Assembly (NCBI RefSeq): GCF_006345805.1
Contig: NC_043004.1
Location: 95,542,001-95,606,000, forward strand
Length of the DNA: 64,000 bases
Source: Octopus sinensis
Taxonomy: Eukaryota
Direction: 5' to 3'
The position numbers and the translations under genes are program-made. How positions within the stretch are numbered: position 1 is the first letter of the stretch; the number at the start of each line of letters is the position of its first letter. Positions 25,068 to 37,350 of this stretch are shown piece after piece. The notes beneath the pieces are model-generated. The model saw only the letters and a program-made list of their open reading frames with translations. It made no database searches and was not told where the DNA came from.

Positions 25068-25470
25068 GGCGTAGGAGTGGCTGTGTGGTAAGTAGCTTGC
25101 GTACGAACCACATGGTTCTAGGTTCAGTCCCACTGCGTGGCACCTTGGGCAAGTGTCTTCTACTATAGCCTCGGGCCGACCAAAGCCTTGTGAGTGGATT
25201 TGGTAGACGGAAACTGAAAGAAGCCCGTCGTATATATGTATATATATGTGTGTGTGTATCTGTCTGTGTTTGTCCCCCCAACATCACTTGACAACCGATG
25301 CTGGTGTGTTTACGTCCCCGTAACTTAGCGGTTCGGCAAAATAGACGATAGAATAAGTACTAGGCTTACAAAGAATAAGTCCCGGGGTTGATTTGCTCGA
25401 CTAAAAAAGGCAGTGCTCCAGCATGGCCACAGTCAAATGACTGAAACAAGTAAAAGAGAGTAAAAGAGTA
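25068..25470 (+). mobile_element. SINE family A
   Basis: Near-consensus copy. Confidence 0.93.
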
Positions 25471-26047
25471 TATGGGTGTGTATGTTTTGGAAGGGGAAGA
25501 ACAAAAGTAACAAAAAGAACACATTGACTCTTGGAAAATTCCAGAAAGTGATGAAATTGAAAGGAAAGTAAAGCAATAAAAATAAAAAAAAGTTAAGTGA
25601 TTAGATGTAAAAAGGACATCCACCTTAAAATTGCTTGTTTTAGCAGTTTGTCTGAAATGTTCCAATTTATGTAATTCATTACATCCAATCTTGTGATGAA
25701 AATTTCATGAGCAGTTTGTTCAAATTTTAAAAATACCACTGTAGTCTAAAAGTGTGTAGCAATGCTTAAGTTTTACCTTTGCAGTTGTTTCGATTTAAAT
25801 AGTTAAGACTAAATATGGATAGACACATATTCTAAATTACGTCATATTTGGCATGGCAAAGAGTCTCGTTAACTTTGTCAATGTGTGTCAAATCACCACT
25901 ACTCTTTTTACATTATAGACTATTAGGGCATTGGGCCTAACTTCTAAAAGAGATGGTAGGTGTAGCATGAACTGAAGGATATTTAGTTGCTGTTTCTTTG
26001 GGCTTTTGTATTGTATAGAGGTCCCTTTCTATAGAGTGGTTGGAATC

Positions 26048-26410
26048 ATCATCATCATCATCATCGTTTAACGTCCATTTTCCATGCTAGCATGGATTGG
26101 ACGGTTCGACCGGGGTCTGGGAAGCCAGGAGGCTGCACCAGGCTCCAGTCTGATTTGGCAGTGTTTCTACAGCTGGATGCCCTTCATAACACCAACCACT
26201 CTGTAAGTGTAGTGAGTACTTTTTATGTGCCACCGGCACAGGGGCTAGAGGAGACTGGCAATGGCCATGTTTTGTTGGTGCTTTTTACATGCCACCAGCA
26301 TGGATGCCAGTCAAGGCGGCACTGGCATTGGCCACACTCGGATGGTGCTTTTTACAGGCCACCAGCACGGGTATCACAACTACAATTTCCTTTTTATTTT
26401 TTTATTTTGA
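26048..26410 (-). mobile_element. SINE family C
   Basis: (CAT)n tail and internal subrepeats. Confidence 0.87.
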
Positions 26411-26579
26411 TGTTGATGAATGAAAGGGCAAAAGTGTGTTTAAACTGCACTAGTGTGGATATGAATTTATTACATGTGAAGTTTTCTTGACATAACTTTG
26501 AACTTTGTAGCTATTCCCTTACAACCTCCACATATATTGCTGCGTGGTCCCTCCAACATCGCTTGACAAGTGTGTGAGT

Positions 26580-26834
26580 GTGTGTATGTATGTATGTATG
26601 TATGTATGTATGTATGCATACATGCATGCATGTATGTATGTATGTATGTATGTATGTATGTGTGTGTATGTATGTATGTATGTATGTATGTATGCATACA
26701 TGCATGCATGTATGTATGTATGTATGTATGTATGTATGTGTGTGTGTGTATGTATGTATGTATGTATGTATGTATGTATGCATGCATGCATGTATGCATG
26801 CATGCATGTATGCATGTATGTATGTAGGTATGTA
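26580..26834. repeat. (TATG)n/(CATG)n array
   Basis: Seen directly. Confidence 0.95.
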
Positions 26835-28064
26835 TGGGGGTCATCTGATAAATAATACATTTTTTTTATACTTTTATTTTTCAAAATTACAATAAACAAA
26901 ATTTTTTAAAATCTAAAATATAGTCTTCTTCATTTTCTACATTCTTCTTCCAACTATCTGGTAGATTTGCAAGGCCACCATTCCAAAATTCACTTACCTG
27001 TGATGAAAAATACTCCTCCAGTATTGACTTGACCTTGTCTACAGGATTCATATTTTCTCCATCCAAATGATTTTGAAGACTACAGAATAAATGATAATCA
27101 GATGGAGCAATGTCCTGCAAATATTGTGAGTGGGGCAACGTTTCCCATTCAAACTGCTCCAACCTTTGGAACGTCATCCTCACTGTATGTGGCTGAGCAT
27201 TATTTTGATGGAAGAACACCTTTCATCAGGAAACCAAAGATGGTCATTTTTCTTCTAGTGCTGACTTAAGCCACTCAAGCCGCTCGCAGTAGGTCTCCTT
27301 TGTTATCGTTTGGTTTGACTTTAAAAGTTCAAAGTGGATTAAACCTTTCATATCCCATCAAAAAGATAACAACACCGTATGTGGGTGAAAACCTTCTTTA
27401 GTCTGGGATGCTGATGCTTCTCCTTTCCCTACCCACTGTCTTTGGTGCTTGACACTTTTATAAAGAACCCATTTCTCATCACCAATCACTATTCACTTCA
27501 AAAAATGTTCATTTGTGACACGTTCACTTTCTGCACGCAATTAAAATCAGAAAGTTTGTGAGGAACTCATTGACCCAATTTGATGGCACGTAGGTGTCAA
27601 TTAATGGTTAAATGACCAAATCCAAGCTTCTCTGCTAGTTCCATTTACGATGGGATTGCAGAACATCCTCATCGAACTCTACAGATTTTCCAGGATGAGG
27701 CTTGTCTTCTAACCTGTAGTTTCTGGCTCAGAATTTCTGGAACCACCATTGACACTGGCTTATGCTTATTATCTGTTCCCCATATACTGCATCAATATTC
27801 CTCACACTTTCCATTGTGTTGTTGCCTTTATTGATCTCATAAAGCAAAATATGTCAACTATGTTCCTTTATCACTTCCATCATAGCTTTGAAAAAATAAC
27901 TGTTAAAATTGAACTCCACTCTTCAAAACTTGCACTAAGAATAAGTACAAGGTAAAATTACTACCTGCTTTGATAGCAAGTTGATGCAGGTAGTTTATCC
28001 TGTCCCTCTCCGACTTTTAGTTCATGCAATTGAAAAAAACTGCATTATTTATGGGATAACCCAA
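26835..28064 (-). mobile_element. Mariner (DD34D-type) transposon, decayed full span
   Basis: TA-flanked imperfect TIRs (tgggggtcatctgataaataat / rc ttgggttatcccataaataat); pieces MEVIKEHS*HILLYE, WDMKGLIHFELL and WETLPHSQYLQDIAPSDYHLF. Confidence 0.88.
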
Positions 28065-28864
28065 TATGTATGTCATTCAGTTTAGGTTTGTCTCTCACTG
28101 CTTTACAACTAGTCTTTACATTCTTAGCTTAGCAATTCAGCAAACAGAGACTAACAGAATAAATATCAAACTTTAAATAAATACTGAGGTTGATTTCATC
28201 AACTAAACATTTTGAGTCACTGCACCAGCATGGTCGCAGTCTAATGACTGAATTAAATAAAAGCATAAATTTACTGAACAGAAACAATTTAGAATTTAAT
28301 ATTCTTACCAAAAATCTGATGCACCACCCGCAGTGGATTTGAACTGGTGGTCTCTGAATACCTCAGCCATTTTATATCTTCTCAGCAGGACTAGACGTAT
28401 TCAATTTATAGACACCTGTTCTATGAAAGGCTACACAGATAACAGCAGGATTTCACCTCAGTTAATAAAAAGTTAATAAGAAAATTTAATGTAACTTTCT
28501 GTAAATAAACACAACAAAATATAATTGAAGATTTGAATTAAATTCAATTAAGTTAATGAGTAAAAAAAAATTTTTTTTTTTATAATAAATTTTGAAAATT
28601 ATTGTTCAGAAATAGAAAATGTTTTTGTTACATAGGCATGAGGCCAAAATAATAAAAATTTCTTTCATTAAAATTCTCTGATTTATAGAAGATGATGTTC
28701 TGATGCTCATGAATTTCCCATACATAATAATAATCAAGGAAATCAGTTCCATTGAAAGGTCAAACTTAGTTTGCTATTTAAATGTTTTCATTTTATTACA
28801 GTCTTATGGTATTGTCTTTTTCAAATTATTTACTTTTATTGTTAGTCAGCTGATATTGTTAGTA

Positions 28865-29243
28865 GGCGCAGGAGTGGCTGTGTGGTAAGTAGCTTGTTTA
28901 CCAACCACATGGTCCCGGGTTCAGTCTCACTGCGTGGCACCTTGGCGTGGCAAGTGTCTTCTACTATAGCCTCAGGCTGACCAAAGCCTTGTGAGTGGAT
29001 TTGGTAGACGGAAACTGAAAGAAGCCCGTCGTATATATGTGTATATATATGTATGTGTTTGTCCCCCTAGCATTGCAAGACAACCGATGCTGGTGTGTTT
29101 ATGTCCCCATTACTTAGCGGTTCAGCAAAAGAGACCGATAGAATAAGTACTGGGCTTACAAAAGAATAAGTCCTGGGGTCGAGTTGCTCGATTAAAGGCG
29201 GTGCTCCAGCATTGCCGCAATCAAATGACTGAGACTGAAATAA
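28865..29243 (+). mobile_element. SINE family A
   Basis: Near-consensus copy. Confidence 0.9.
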
Positions 29244-29329
29244 TATATCGAAGTGGTCACATGATATGAAACAAAAGAAACTCTGGCAAGAACTAATAAT
29301 ATCTACTGATACATATGCCAGTTCACAAA

Positions 29330-29565
29330 AAAAGTACCCATGCCAGTTCACTTACAAATACCCAGAATCGGTGCTGGTACCACGTAAAAAGTACCCAGCA
29401 CACTCTGTAAAATGGTTGGCATTCAGAAGGGCATCCAACCATAGAAACCAAGCTGAATCAGGGTGGAACCTGGTAAAGCTCTACAGCTTGTCAGCTTTAG
29501 TCAAACCAGCCAACTCATGCCAGTATGATAGTGATTTTGATGACGACGACAACGACGACGACGAC

Positions 29566-29603
<38 letters not shown>

Positions 29604-29704
29604 CGATGATGACGATGATGATGGATGATGATGATGATGATGACGATGATGACGATGATGATGACGACGATGACGATGATGATGACAATGATGATGATGA
29701 TGAC

Positions 29705-29736
<32 letters not shown>

Positions 29737-29848
29737 CGACGACGACGACGACAACGATGATGATGATGACGATGATGATGATGATGATGACGACGATGAT
29801 GATGATGATGATGACGACGATGATGATGATGATGACGACGACGATGAC
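29330..29848 (+). mobile_element. SINE C-related tail with a greatly expanded (GAT/GAC)n array
   Basis: ggttggcattcagaagggcatcc followed by about 310 bp of GAT/GAC. Confidence 0.75.
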
Positions 29849-30319
29849 ATATCTTTGTTTATTAACCCTGGATGAATGAAATGCAAAAGCTGACCACAGA
29901 AAAACTTCAACTGTGTATAGTGAGACACCCAACTCCACCAGTGATGTCTAGCATATGTCCCAGTTATGCCCCACTGATCACTCATATAATAATTCCTTAC
30001 ACAGGAACCCGTCACCGTCCAACCCGTGCTAGCGCGGAAAACGGACGTTAAACGATGATGATGATGATGATGATGATGATGACAGGGAGACACAAGGTCA
30101 CATATTTTTTTTTGGGGGGGAGGGGGCAGGTGTTACAGTCAGTTATATCAACATCAATTCACAGTATTCGTTTTTTGATCCCAGGTGGATGAAAGACAAC
30201 ATTAGCAGCATTTGAACTCAGGGCATAGAAGGAAGTCACTGAACTTTACAAAGCATTTTGTCCCATATTCTACCATTCTTTCCCTAAAGAAAAGAAAACA
30301 AGTAAAATAACATCATTTA

Positions 30320-31600
30320 GGATTGATTACCCAAAAGCTGACATGGGAAGACTGCATTTGTCACAAACACAAGGATTTAGAGATCTTGTGCCACAAGAAA
30401 AACATTCTAAAATATCTACCATATGATTATTAAAAACCATAAGGAACTAATACAAATAATAACAAATCTTGAAAAATACAAAAGAGGATTTTCTATCTTC
30501 AGAAAAGTGAACATATACGAAAACAGGTGCTTGGGATAACAGACAGTTGAGAGGAAGATAAAGAAACAGTAATAGAAGCTATTAAACAACACTAAAAATG
30601 AAGTTAAAAATGTGATTATAGAATGTCATGTTATGACAGTGGCAAGGAAAACCCCAGCACTGCTTTTACTTGGTAATACAGGATTATGTAGAAGTGGATA
30701 AAGAAGGAAGTGGGGTATCTCAGCATTGGCTGAGGAGTCCAAAACATGAAGTTAGGACCAAATGGTTTTCCTTAATATTAGAAGACTAAAGCCTTCCCTG
30801 TAGAAAATGCCAAAAACATATTATTCTGGGGATACATCTAACTGTAGATTCTTGTGAAAATCATCATTGTTTTCATTGTTATCATCCTTGTTTTATTGTT
30901 CACGTTTCCATGCTGGCATGGATCAGATAGAATTCATTGAGGCAGAGTTTCTATGGCTTGATGCCATTCCCAATGTCAAGCCTCTTGGCCAGATATATTT
31001 CCATGGAAAATTGGAAGTGAATGATGCTTGTTTACAACTATCACATTGTGTCAAAACAAGAAAACACATACACATGTATATAAACATATATACACATGTA
31101 CATATATGACAAGTTTCTGTCAGCTTCCATCTATTAAATCCACTCATAAGGCTTTCTTCAGCTTAGGACTATAGTAGAAGACTCTTGACCAAAGTGGCAC
31201 ACACACACACACTGGGTTTGAACCCCAAACCATGTGGTTGGGAAGCAAACTTGTTAACCACTCAGTCATGCCTACACTGAGTATATAAAGATGTTCTAGA
31301 GGTGAAGGTTTCATACACTCGTAATTATGCTAGCATTATGGAATATTTATAGAACAAAATGCACAGACAGGAGGATTAATGTTAATACCTCAAATATTTT
31401 GCCAAAGAGAAAACAGAAAGAAAATACAGAAAAATCATTTATGTAAAGTCTACCAGGGAAAAGAAACATCTTCTAATTGACGTACTGACTCCAAAAAATG
31501 ATAATATATAGAAGGAATGAAGAAACTATTCAAATATAAAATAGAAATAGAAAGATCCAGAATATATGATGTCTCATGAATAATGGTTTCAAATCTTGGA
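30320..31600 (+). mobile_element. Decayed R4/Dong-like non-LTR retrotransposon (RT C-terminus to restriction-like endonuclease), interrupted by SINE fragments
   Basis: Colinear motifs PKADMGRLHL, WQGKPQH, EVDKE..SQHWLRS, ED*SLPCRKCQKHI, TDRRINVN, HLLIDVLTPKNDNI and KLFKYKIEIERSRIYDV. Confidence 0.65.
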
Positions 31601-31920
31601 AAAGAAGCCAGCAATTTCAGAGGGAGGTGGATAATCGATAACATTGACCCTGGTTCTTGACTGGTATTTTATTTTATTGAACCCTAAAAAGAGAAAGTTG
31701 ATCTCAGCAAGATTTGAATGGAAAAACCTGGAAGAAATGCTTCTAAATATTTTGCTTGCATGTTAATCATTCTACCAGCTTGCCATCCTGTGCTTCAGGA
31801 ATAATGATAAAAGGAAATGCCAGTTGTTACATAAGAAAATGACAGAGCAGTCAGATCTTGTTCAAATCACATCTTACAACTATAGAAAACAGGACGGACT
31901 CAGTAGATAATATTCATTCA

Positions 31921-32072
31921 GGTGCAGGAGTGGCTGTGTGGTAAGTAACTTGCTAACCAACCACATGGTTCCGGGTTCAGTCCCACTGAAGTGTCTTCTG
32001 TTATAGCTCCGGGCTGAGCAATGCCTTGTGAGTGGATTTGGTAGACGGAAACTGAAAGAAGCCTGTCGTATT

Positions 32073-32121
<49 letters not shown>

Positions 32122-32330
32122 TTGTGTGTCTGTGTTTGTCCCCCTAGCATTGCTTGACAACCGATGCTGGTGTGTTTACGTCCCCGTTACTTAGCGGTTC
32201 GGCAAAAGAGACCGATAGAATAAGTACTGGGTTTACAAAGAATAATTCCCGGGGTAGATTTGCTCGAGTTAAGGCGGTGCTCCAGCATGGCCACAGTCAG
32301 ATGACTGAAACAAGTAAAAGAGTAAAAAGA
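31921..32330 (+). mobile_element. SINE family A with a small internal deletion
   Basis: Lacks the gcgtggcaccttgggc segment. Confidence 0.9.
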
Positions 32331-32344
32331 GAGAATATCTCTAC

Positions 32345-32550
32345 TCTAGGCATAAAGCCCAAAATTTTGGGGGAAGGGGTCAGTCAATTAGATCACCCCC
32401 AGTATGCAACTGGTACCTAATTTATTGACCCAGAAAGATGAAAGGCAAAGTCAATCTTAGCAGAATTTAAACTCAGAACATAAAGACAGATGAAATGTTG
32501 CTAAGCATTTCGCCCAGCATGCTAACGTTTCTGCCAGCTCACCACCTTAC
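32345..32550 (-). mobile_element. SINE family B (short-tail variant)
   Basis: Matches the B consensus. Confidence 0.8.
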
Positions 32551-32911
32551 CCAGCAGATGATATTGCCTCATATACAATGTCAAGGAAACAAAAATTAGA
32601 ATGATCGTGACTGGAATGTTTCTGATCACAGGTTCGTCATCTGGTTACCACTACTACTCTCTTTACTCTTTCATTTTTTTCAGTCATTTGACTGTGGCCA
32701 TGCTGGAGCACTGCCTTTAATCGAGCAAATCAACCCCAGGACTTATTCTTTGTAAGCCTAGTGCTTATTCTATCGATATCTTTTGCCGAACCGCTAAGTT
32801 ACATGGACATAAACACACCAGCATTGGTTGTCAAGTGATGTTGGAGATACAAACACAGACACACAAACATATACACACACATACATATATATATATATAT
32901 ACATATGTATG

Positions 32912-32943
<32 letters not shown>

Positions 32944-33042
32944 TATAGGGAAGGTTTACGAAAATAAACAAAAGACGAAGGCAGGTGGAGTACAAACAAA
33001 CAAATGTATTAGTATGGCGCTCAGGAATAGAAATAAAACAAG

Positions 33043-33080
33043 TCTTTTACGTTTCGAGCCTACGCTCTTCGACAGAAAGA
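33043..33080 (-). ncRNA. Minimal hammerhead-ribozyme-like motif with a variant core, inside a (TA)n-flanked element (about 32950-33140)
   Basis: Minus strand TCTTT CTGTCGA A GAGC gtag GCTC GAAA CGTA AAAGA: 5-bp stem I, 4-bp stem II, palindromic ACGT stem III, GUA triplet; A6 replaced by U. Confidence 0.55.
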
Positions 33081-33138
33081 TACACAGAAAAGAAACAAGG
33101 AGAGAAAAAAATTGCGTGTAGGGGCTAACGATCCAACA

Positions 33139-33178
<40 letters not shown>

Positions 33179-33486
33179 TTATATATATACATATATACGA
33201 CGGGCTTCTTTCGGTTTCCATCTTCCAGATCCATTCAGAAGGCTTTTGTCGGCCAGAGGTTATAGTAGAAGGCACTTGCCCAAGGTGCCACGCAGTGATA
33301 CTGTAGGTGCTCTTTGTGAAGTTTATTCTTTTGTAAGTGTTTGGTTAATGTTTCTGGTCCGAGGATAAGTTTCTCTCTTCTTTCCACTAGTCATGATGGA
33401 AAGAAGGATGTGGGGAGCTTTTTCCATGGAATCATTAGAAAACAGCCATGGATACTGACTAGGCCATTAAAAATGCAACAATAGCA

Positions 33487-33520
<34 letters not shown>

Positions 33521-33582
33521 GTGTGTACCGTTGGCGATTTTTTTCCTCTGTCTTTCCTTCTCTGGATCTTTCCTTCTCCTAT

Positions 33583-33617
33583 GTTTCTGATGAAGAGCTC
33601 CACTCAAAACGTTAAAC
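33583..33617 (+). ncRNA. Degenerate minimal hammerhead-like motif, inside a (TA)n-flanked element (about 33520-33716)
   Basis: GTTT CTGATGA A GAGC tcc ACTC AAAA CGTT AAAC: intact CUGAUGA, but G12 is changed to A and stem II has one mismatch. Confidence 0.5.
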
Positions 33618-33692
33618 CCTCCTTCTTTCCTTCTTTCCTGAGCGTCCAATAATACTATATTTGTTCCACGTCCTCGCGTTGTTGTGTTTTTT

Positions 33693-33754
33693 TGTGCTTT
33701 CATGTTTGGATTAACTATATATATATATATAGTTAATCCAAACATGAAAGCACA
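33693..33754. repeat. Perfect 62-bp palindrome centred on (AT)7
   Basis: tgtgctttcatgtttggattaact (AT)7 agttaatccaaacatgaaagcaca. Confidence 0.95.
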
Positions 33755-34188
33755 TGTATACAGGTAACTTTGTGTTTCAGGTTCAAATCTGATTCAAGTC
33801 AACTTTGTGCTTTATGTCATGAATACCAGAGTGCATTTAGTAAGGAGTTACAGTTGGTCGAAAATCTTAGTTATAAATTAGTTTTTTTTTTTAAAACTTT
33901 GGATGGATCTAATTAAAAAGAGATAATGCATGTAGAATTTTAATTTTGAAGAAAACATTACCAAAATAGGCAATATGCAATTAAAAAGTCTGCAATCTGC
34001 TTCATTTAATTAACTGGTACTTATGTTATCAATTCCAAATAAATGAATGTCACATTTAACATCAGAGAAACATGAACTCAGAACATAAAGAGTTATTACG
34101 CAATATAACGAGTCATTTAATTGTTTTAATAATACAAAATAATTAAATGAATATGTATACTCAGATGTGTATACATATTCATTTAGGA

Positions 34189-34607
34189 GGCGCAGGAGTG
34201 GCTGTGTGGTAAGTAGCTTGTAACCAACCACATGGTTCCGGGTTCAGTCTCACTGTGTGGCACCTTGGGCAAGTGCCTTCTACTATAGCCTCGGGCCGAC
34301 CAAAGCCTTGTGAGTGGATTTGGTAGACGGAAACTGAAAGAAGCCCATCGTATATATGTATATATATATGCTTGTGTGTGTTTGTGTGTCTGTGTTTGTC
34401 CCCCTAGCATTGCTTGACAACCGATGCTGGTGTGTTTATGTCCCCGTTACTTAGCGGTTCGGCAAAAGAGACCAATAGAATAAGTACTGAGCTTACAAAA
34501 GAATAAGTCCTGGGGTCGAGTTGCTCGATTAAAGGCGGTGCTCCAGCATGGCCGCAGTCAAATGACTGAAACAAGTAAAAGAGTAAAAGAGTAAAAAGAG
34601 TAAAGAG
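34189..34607 (+). mobile_element. SINE family A
   Basis: Near-consensus copy; faces an inverted partial A at 34650-34940. Confidence 0.93.
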
Positions 34608-34944
34608 AGATGTGATTCAAGTAGAGAGCAGTTAATAAAGAGAGTACAGGCTTATTCTTGTATTCTTCTATTCTTTTATTTGTTTCAGTATTTGACTGCG
34701 GCCATGCTGCAGCACTGCCTTTAGTCGAACAAATCAATCCCAGGACTTATTTTTTGTAAGCCTAGTACTTATTCTATTGGTCTCTTTTGCTGAACTGCTA
34801 GGTTACAGGGACGTAGACACACCGGCATTGGTTGTCGGGCAATGGTGGGGGGACAAACAGAAACACACAAACATATAAATATATACGTGTGTGTGTATGA
34901 AGGGCTTCTTCAGTTTCCGTCTACCAAATCTACTCACAAATGCC

Positions 34945-35598
34945 TTTCTAAGTAGACCTCATACATGGTTCAAGCAAGATGGAGCAACCGCTCATACCAC
35001 AAGAGAAACAATGCACTTGCTACGCCAATGCTTTGGAGAGAGTATAATCTCCCACTATGTCAATGTCAACTGGCATTCACATTCCGCAGACTTGACAAGC
35101 CTGGATTTTTTCTTGTGGGGATAACTGAAAGAGAGGGTTTACGTCAACAAACCAGGGACCCTGGTGCAACTGAAGGAGAACATCATCATCATCGTTTAAC
35201 GTCCGTTTTCCGCGCTAGCACGGGTTGGACGGTTCGACTGGGGTCTGGGAAGCCAGGGGCTGCACCAGGCTCCAGTCTGATCTGGCAGTGTTTTTACAGC
35301 TGGATGCCCCTCCTAACACCACAACAGAGAAATTAGAGAAGTGGGGTCTGAAACTCTTGAGGTTGAGGGTGTTATGATGCAAGTTTTGGAAAGAGCACGG
35401 GCATGTGAAACTGAAAATGGCTGCCATTTAAGTGATGTCCTTTTCCATATGTGATGTAGAAATGTTGCAAAACTTGACTGATATACATTAATTTCCCTTA
35501 TGTCATTTATATTGTATCAAAATTTTATGCATTTGTTTGTAAAGTTAAGGAAGTTATTAAAAATTGAAACCCATCAGTGACTTTTGGGACACCCTGTA
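34945..35598 (+). mobile_element. DD41D (rosa/VS-type) transposon 3' part with a SINE C insert (35181-35320)
   Basis: WFKQDGATAH...WHSHSADLTSLDFFLWG has 41 residues between the Asp residues; terminus gacttttgggacaccctg-TA. Confidence 0.82.
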
Positions 35599-36121
35599 TA
35601 ACCAATCAACTGCTAAATTTGATCTAATATGTCTATGTAAGAAATTATTAACTGCTAAAAAAGCCATTATTTTCCCATGTTCAAAGCATGCATCCTGCTC
35701 TGTAAATACAATTCTTTCCTTTTATCATATTGTTGCATTGATGTTCCTTTTTTTTTATAAGCATTGCTTTGATGGTGAGAAATCATCTTAACTTGATTGT
35801 AAGCAAAATAAAATTATGTTCAAAAAGTATTCAAAACCATACGTCTATACCTTAAAACTTTTTCAGTATGAGGAGACATTGAATCTACTCTGTGGTTTTG
35901 CCCATGTAAGTAATTTAAATCTTTACTAGTACTTCATTTGCCACATGATGGACAGTCAAACTTATAGAGCAATGTTCCTCAACCATTTTTCCCTTTCGTA
36001 ATCCTTCAAATAAATTACATGTCTCAAGGAATCCCTGCACCAAAAAAATTATATACCATAGCTTTCTCATGATTTTTATACCATAGTTCATATGGTAAAT
36101 ATCATATATATATATATATAT

Positions 36122-36325
36122 AAATGTTAGTGCGCCGGGCAAAATCCCTAGTGGTATTTCGTCTGCCACTACGTTCTGAGTTCAAATTCCACCAAGGTCG
36201 ACTTTGCCTTTCATCCTTTAGGGGTTGATGAAATAAGTACTACGCACTGGGGTCAATATAATTGACTTAATCCATTTGTCTGTCCTTGTTTGTCCCCTCT
36301 GTGTGTAGCTCCTTGTGGGCAGTAA
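36122..36325 (+). mobile_element. SINE family B
   Basis: Slightly 5'-truncated consensus match. Confidence 0.87.
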
Positions 36326-36331
36326 AAAAAT

Positions 36332-36377
<46 letters not shown>

Positions 36378-36519
36378 GAATAAAAAGTTTTGAATGGTAC
36401 AATGATGTATTATAATACAAACAATGGGCTATATATCTGTTGTAATTTAGTCAGCTATAGTCTGATATATATAAATATATATATATGTATATATATATTA
36501 TATATATATATATATATAA

Positions 36520-36846
36520 AAAGACCCCCTTCGGTCATGAATGACCATGGGATTGCACCTAGAAAGTTACCCTCCTAGACACAAGTCTGGGCAAGGTTGT
36601 TTTTATGGAAGGCCAGCAGTCGCCCATGCATACCAGCCTCCCCTCTCCACGCCAGTAGTGTTATCCAAGGGAAAGACAAAGGTCGATACAGCTTGGCACC
36701 TGTGACGTCGCAACTCATTTCTACAGCTGAGTGAACTGGAGCAACGTGAAATAAAGTGCCTTGCTCGAGAACACAACACGCAGCCCGGTCCGGGATTCGA
36801 GCTCACAACCTCACGATCGTAAGCTCGACGCTCTAACCACTGAGCC

Positions 36847-36849
<3 letters not shown>
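36520..36849 (-). mobile_element. SINE family E
   Basis: Homologous to 4665-5000. Confidence 0.88.
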
Positions 36850-36881
<32 letters not shown>

Positions 36882-36894
36882 TATATATATATAC

Positions 36895-36937
<43 letters not shown>

Positions 36938-36942
<5 letters not shown>

Positions 36943-37350
36943 GAGTGGCTGTGTGGTAAGTAGCTTGCTTACCAACCACATGGTTCCGGGTTCAGTCCCA
37001 CTGTGTAGCACCTTGGGCAAGTGTCTTCTGCTGTAGCCTCGGGCCGACCAAAGCCTTGTGAGTGGATTTGGTAGACCGAAACTGAAAGAAGCCTGTCGTA
37101 TATATGTATATATATATATATATGTATGTGTGTGTATATGTTTGTGTGTCTGTGTTTGTCCCTCTAGCATTGCTTGACAACCGATGCTGGTGTGTTTACG
37201 TCCCCGTCACTTAGCGGTTCGGCAAAAGGGACCGATAGAATAAGTACTGGGCTTACAAAGAATAAGTCCCGGGGTCGATTTTCTCGACTAAAGGCGGTGC
37301 TCCAGCATGGCCAAAGTCAAATGACTGAAACAAGTAAAAGAGTAAAAGAG
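36938..37350 (+). mobile_element. SINE family A
   Basis: Near-consensus copy. Confidence 0.93.
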
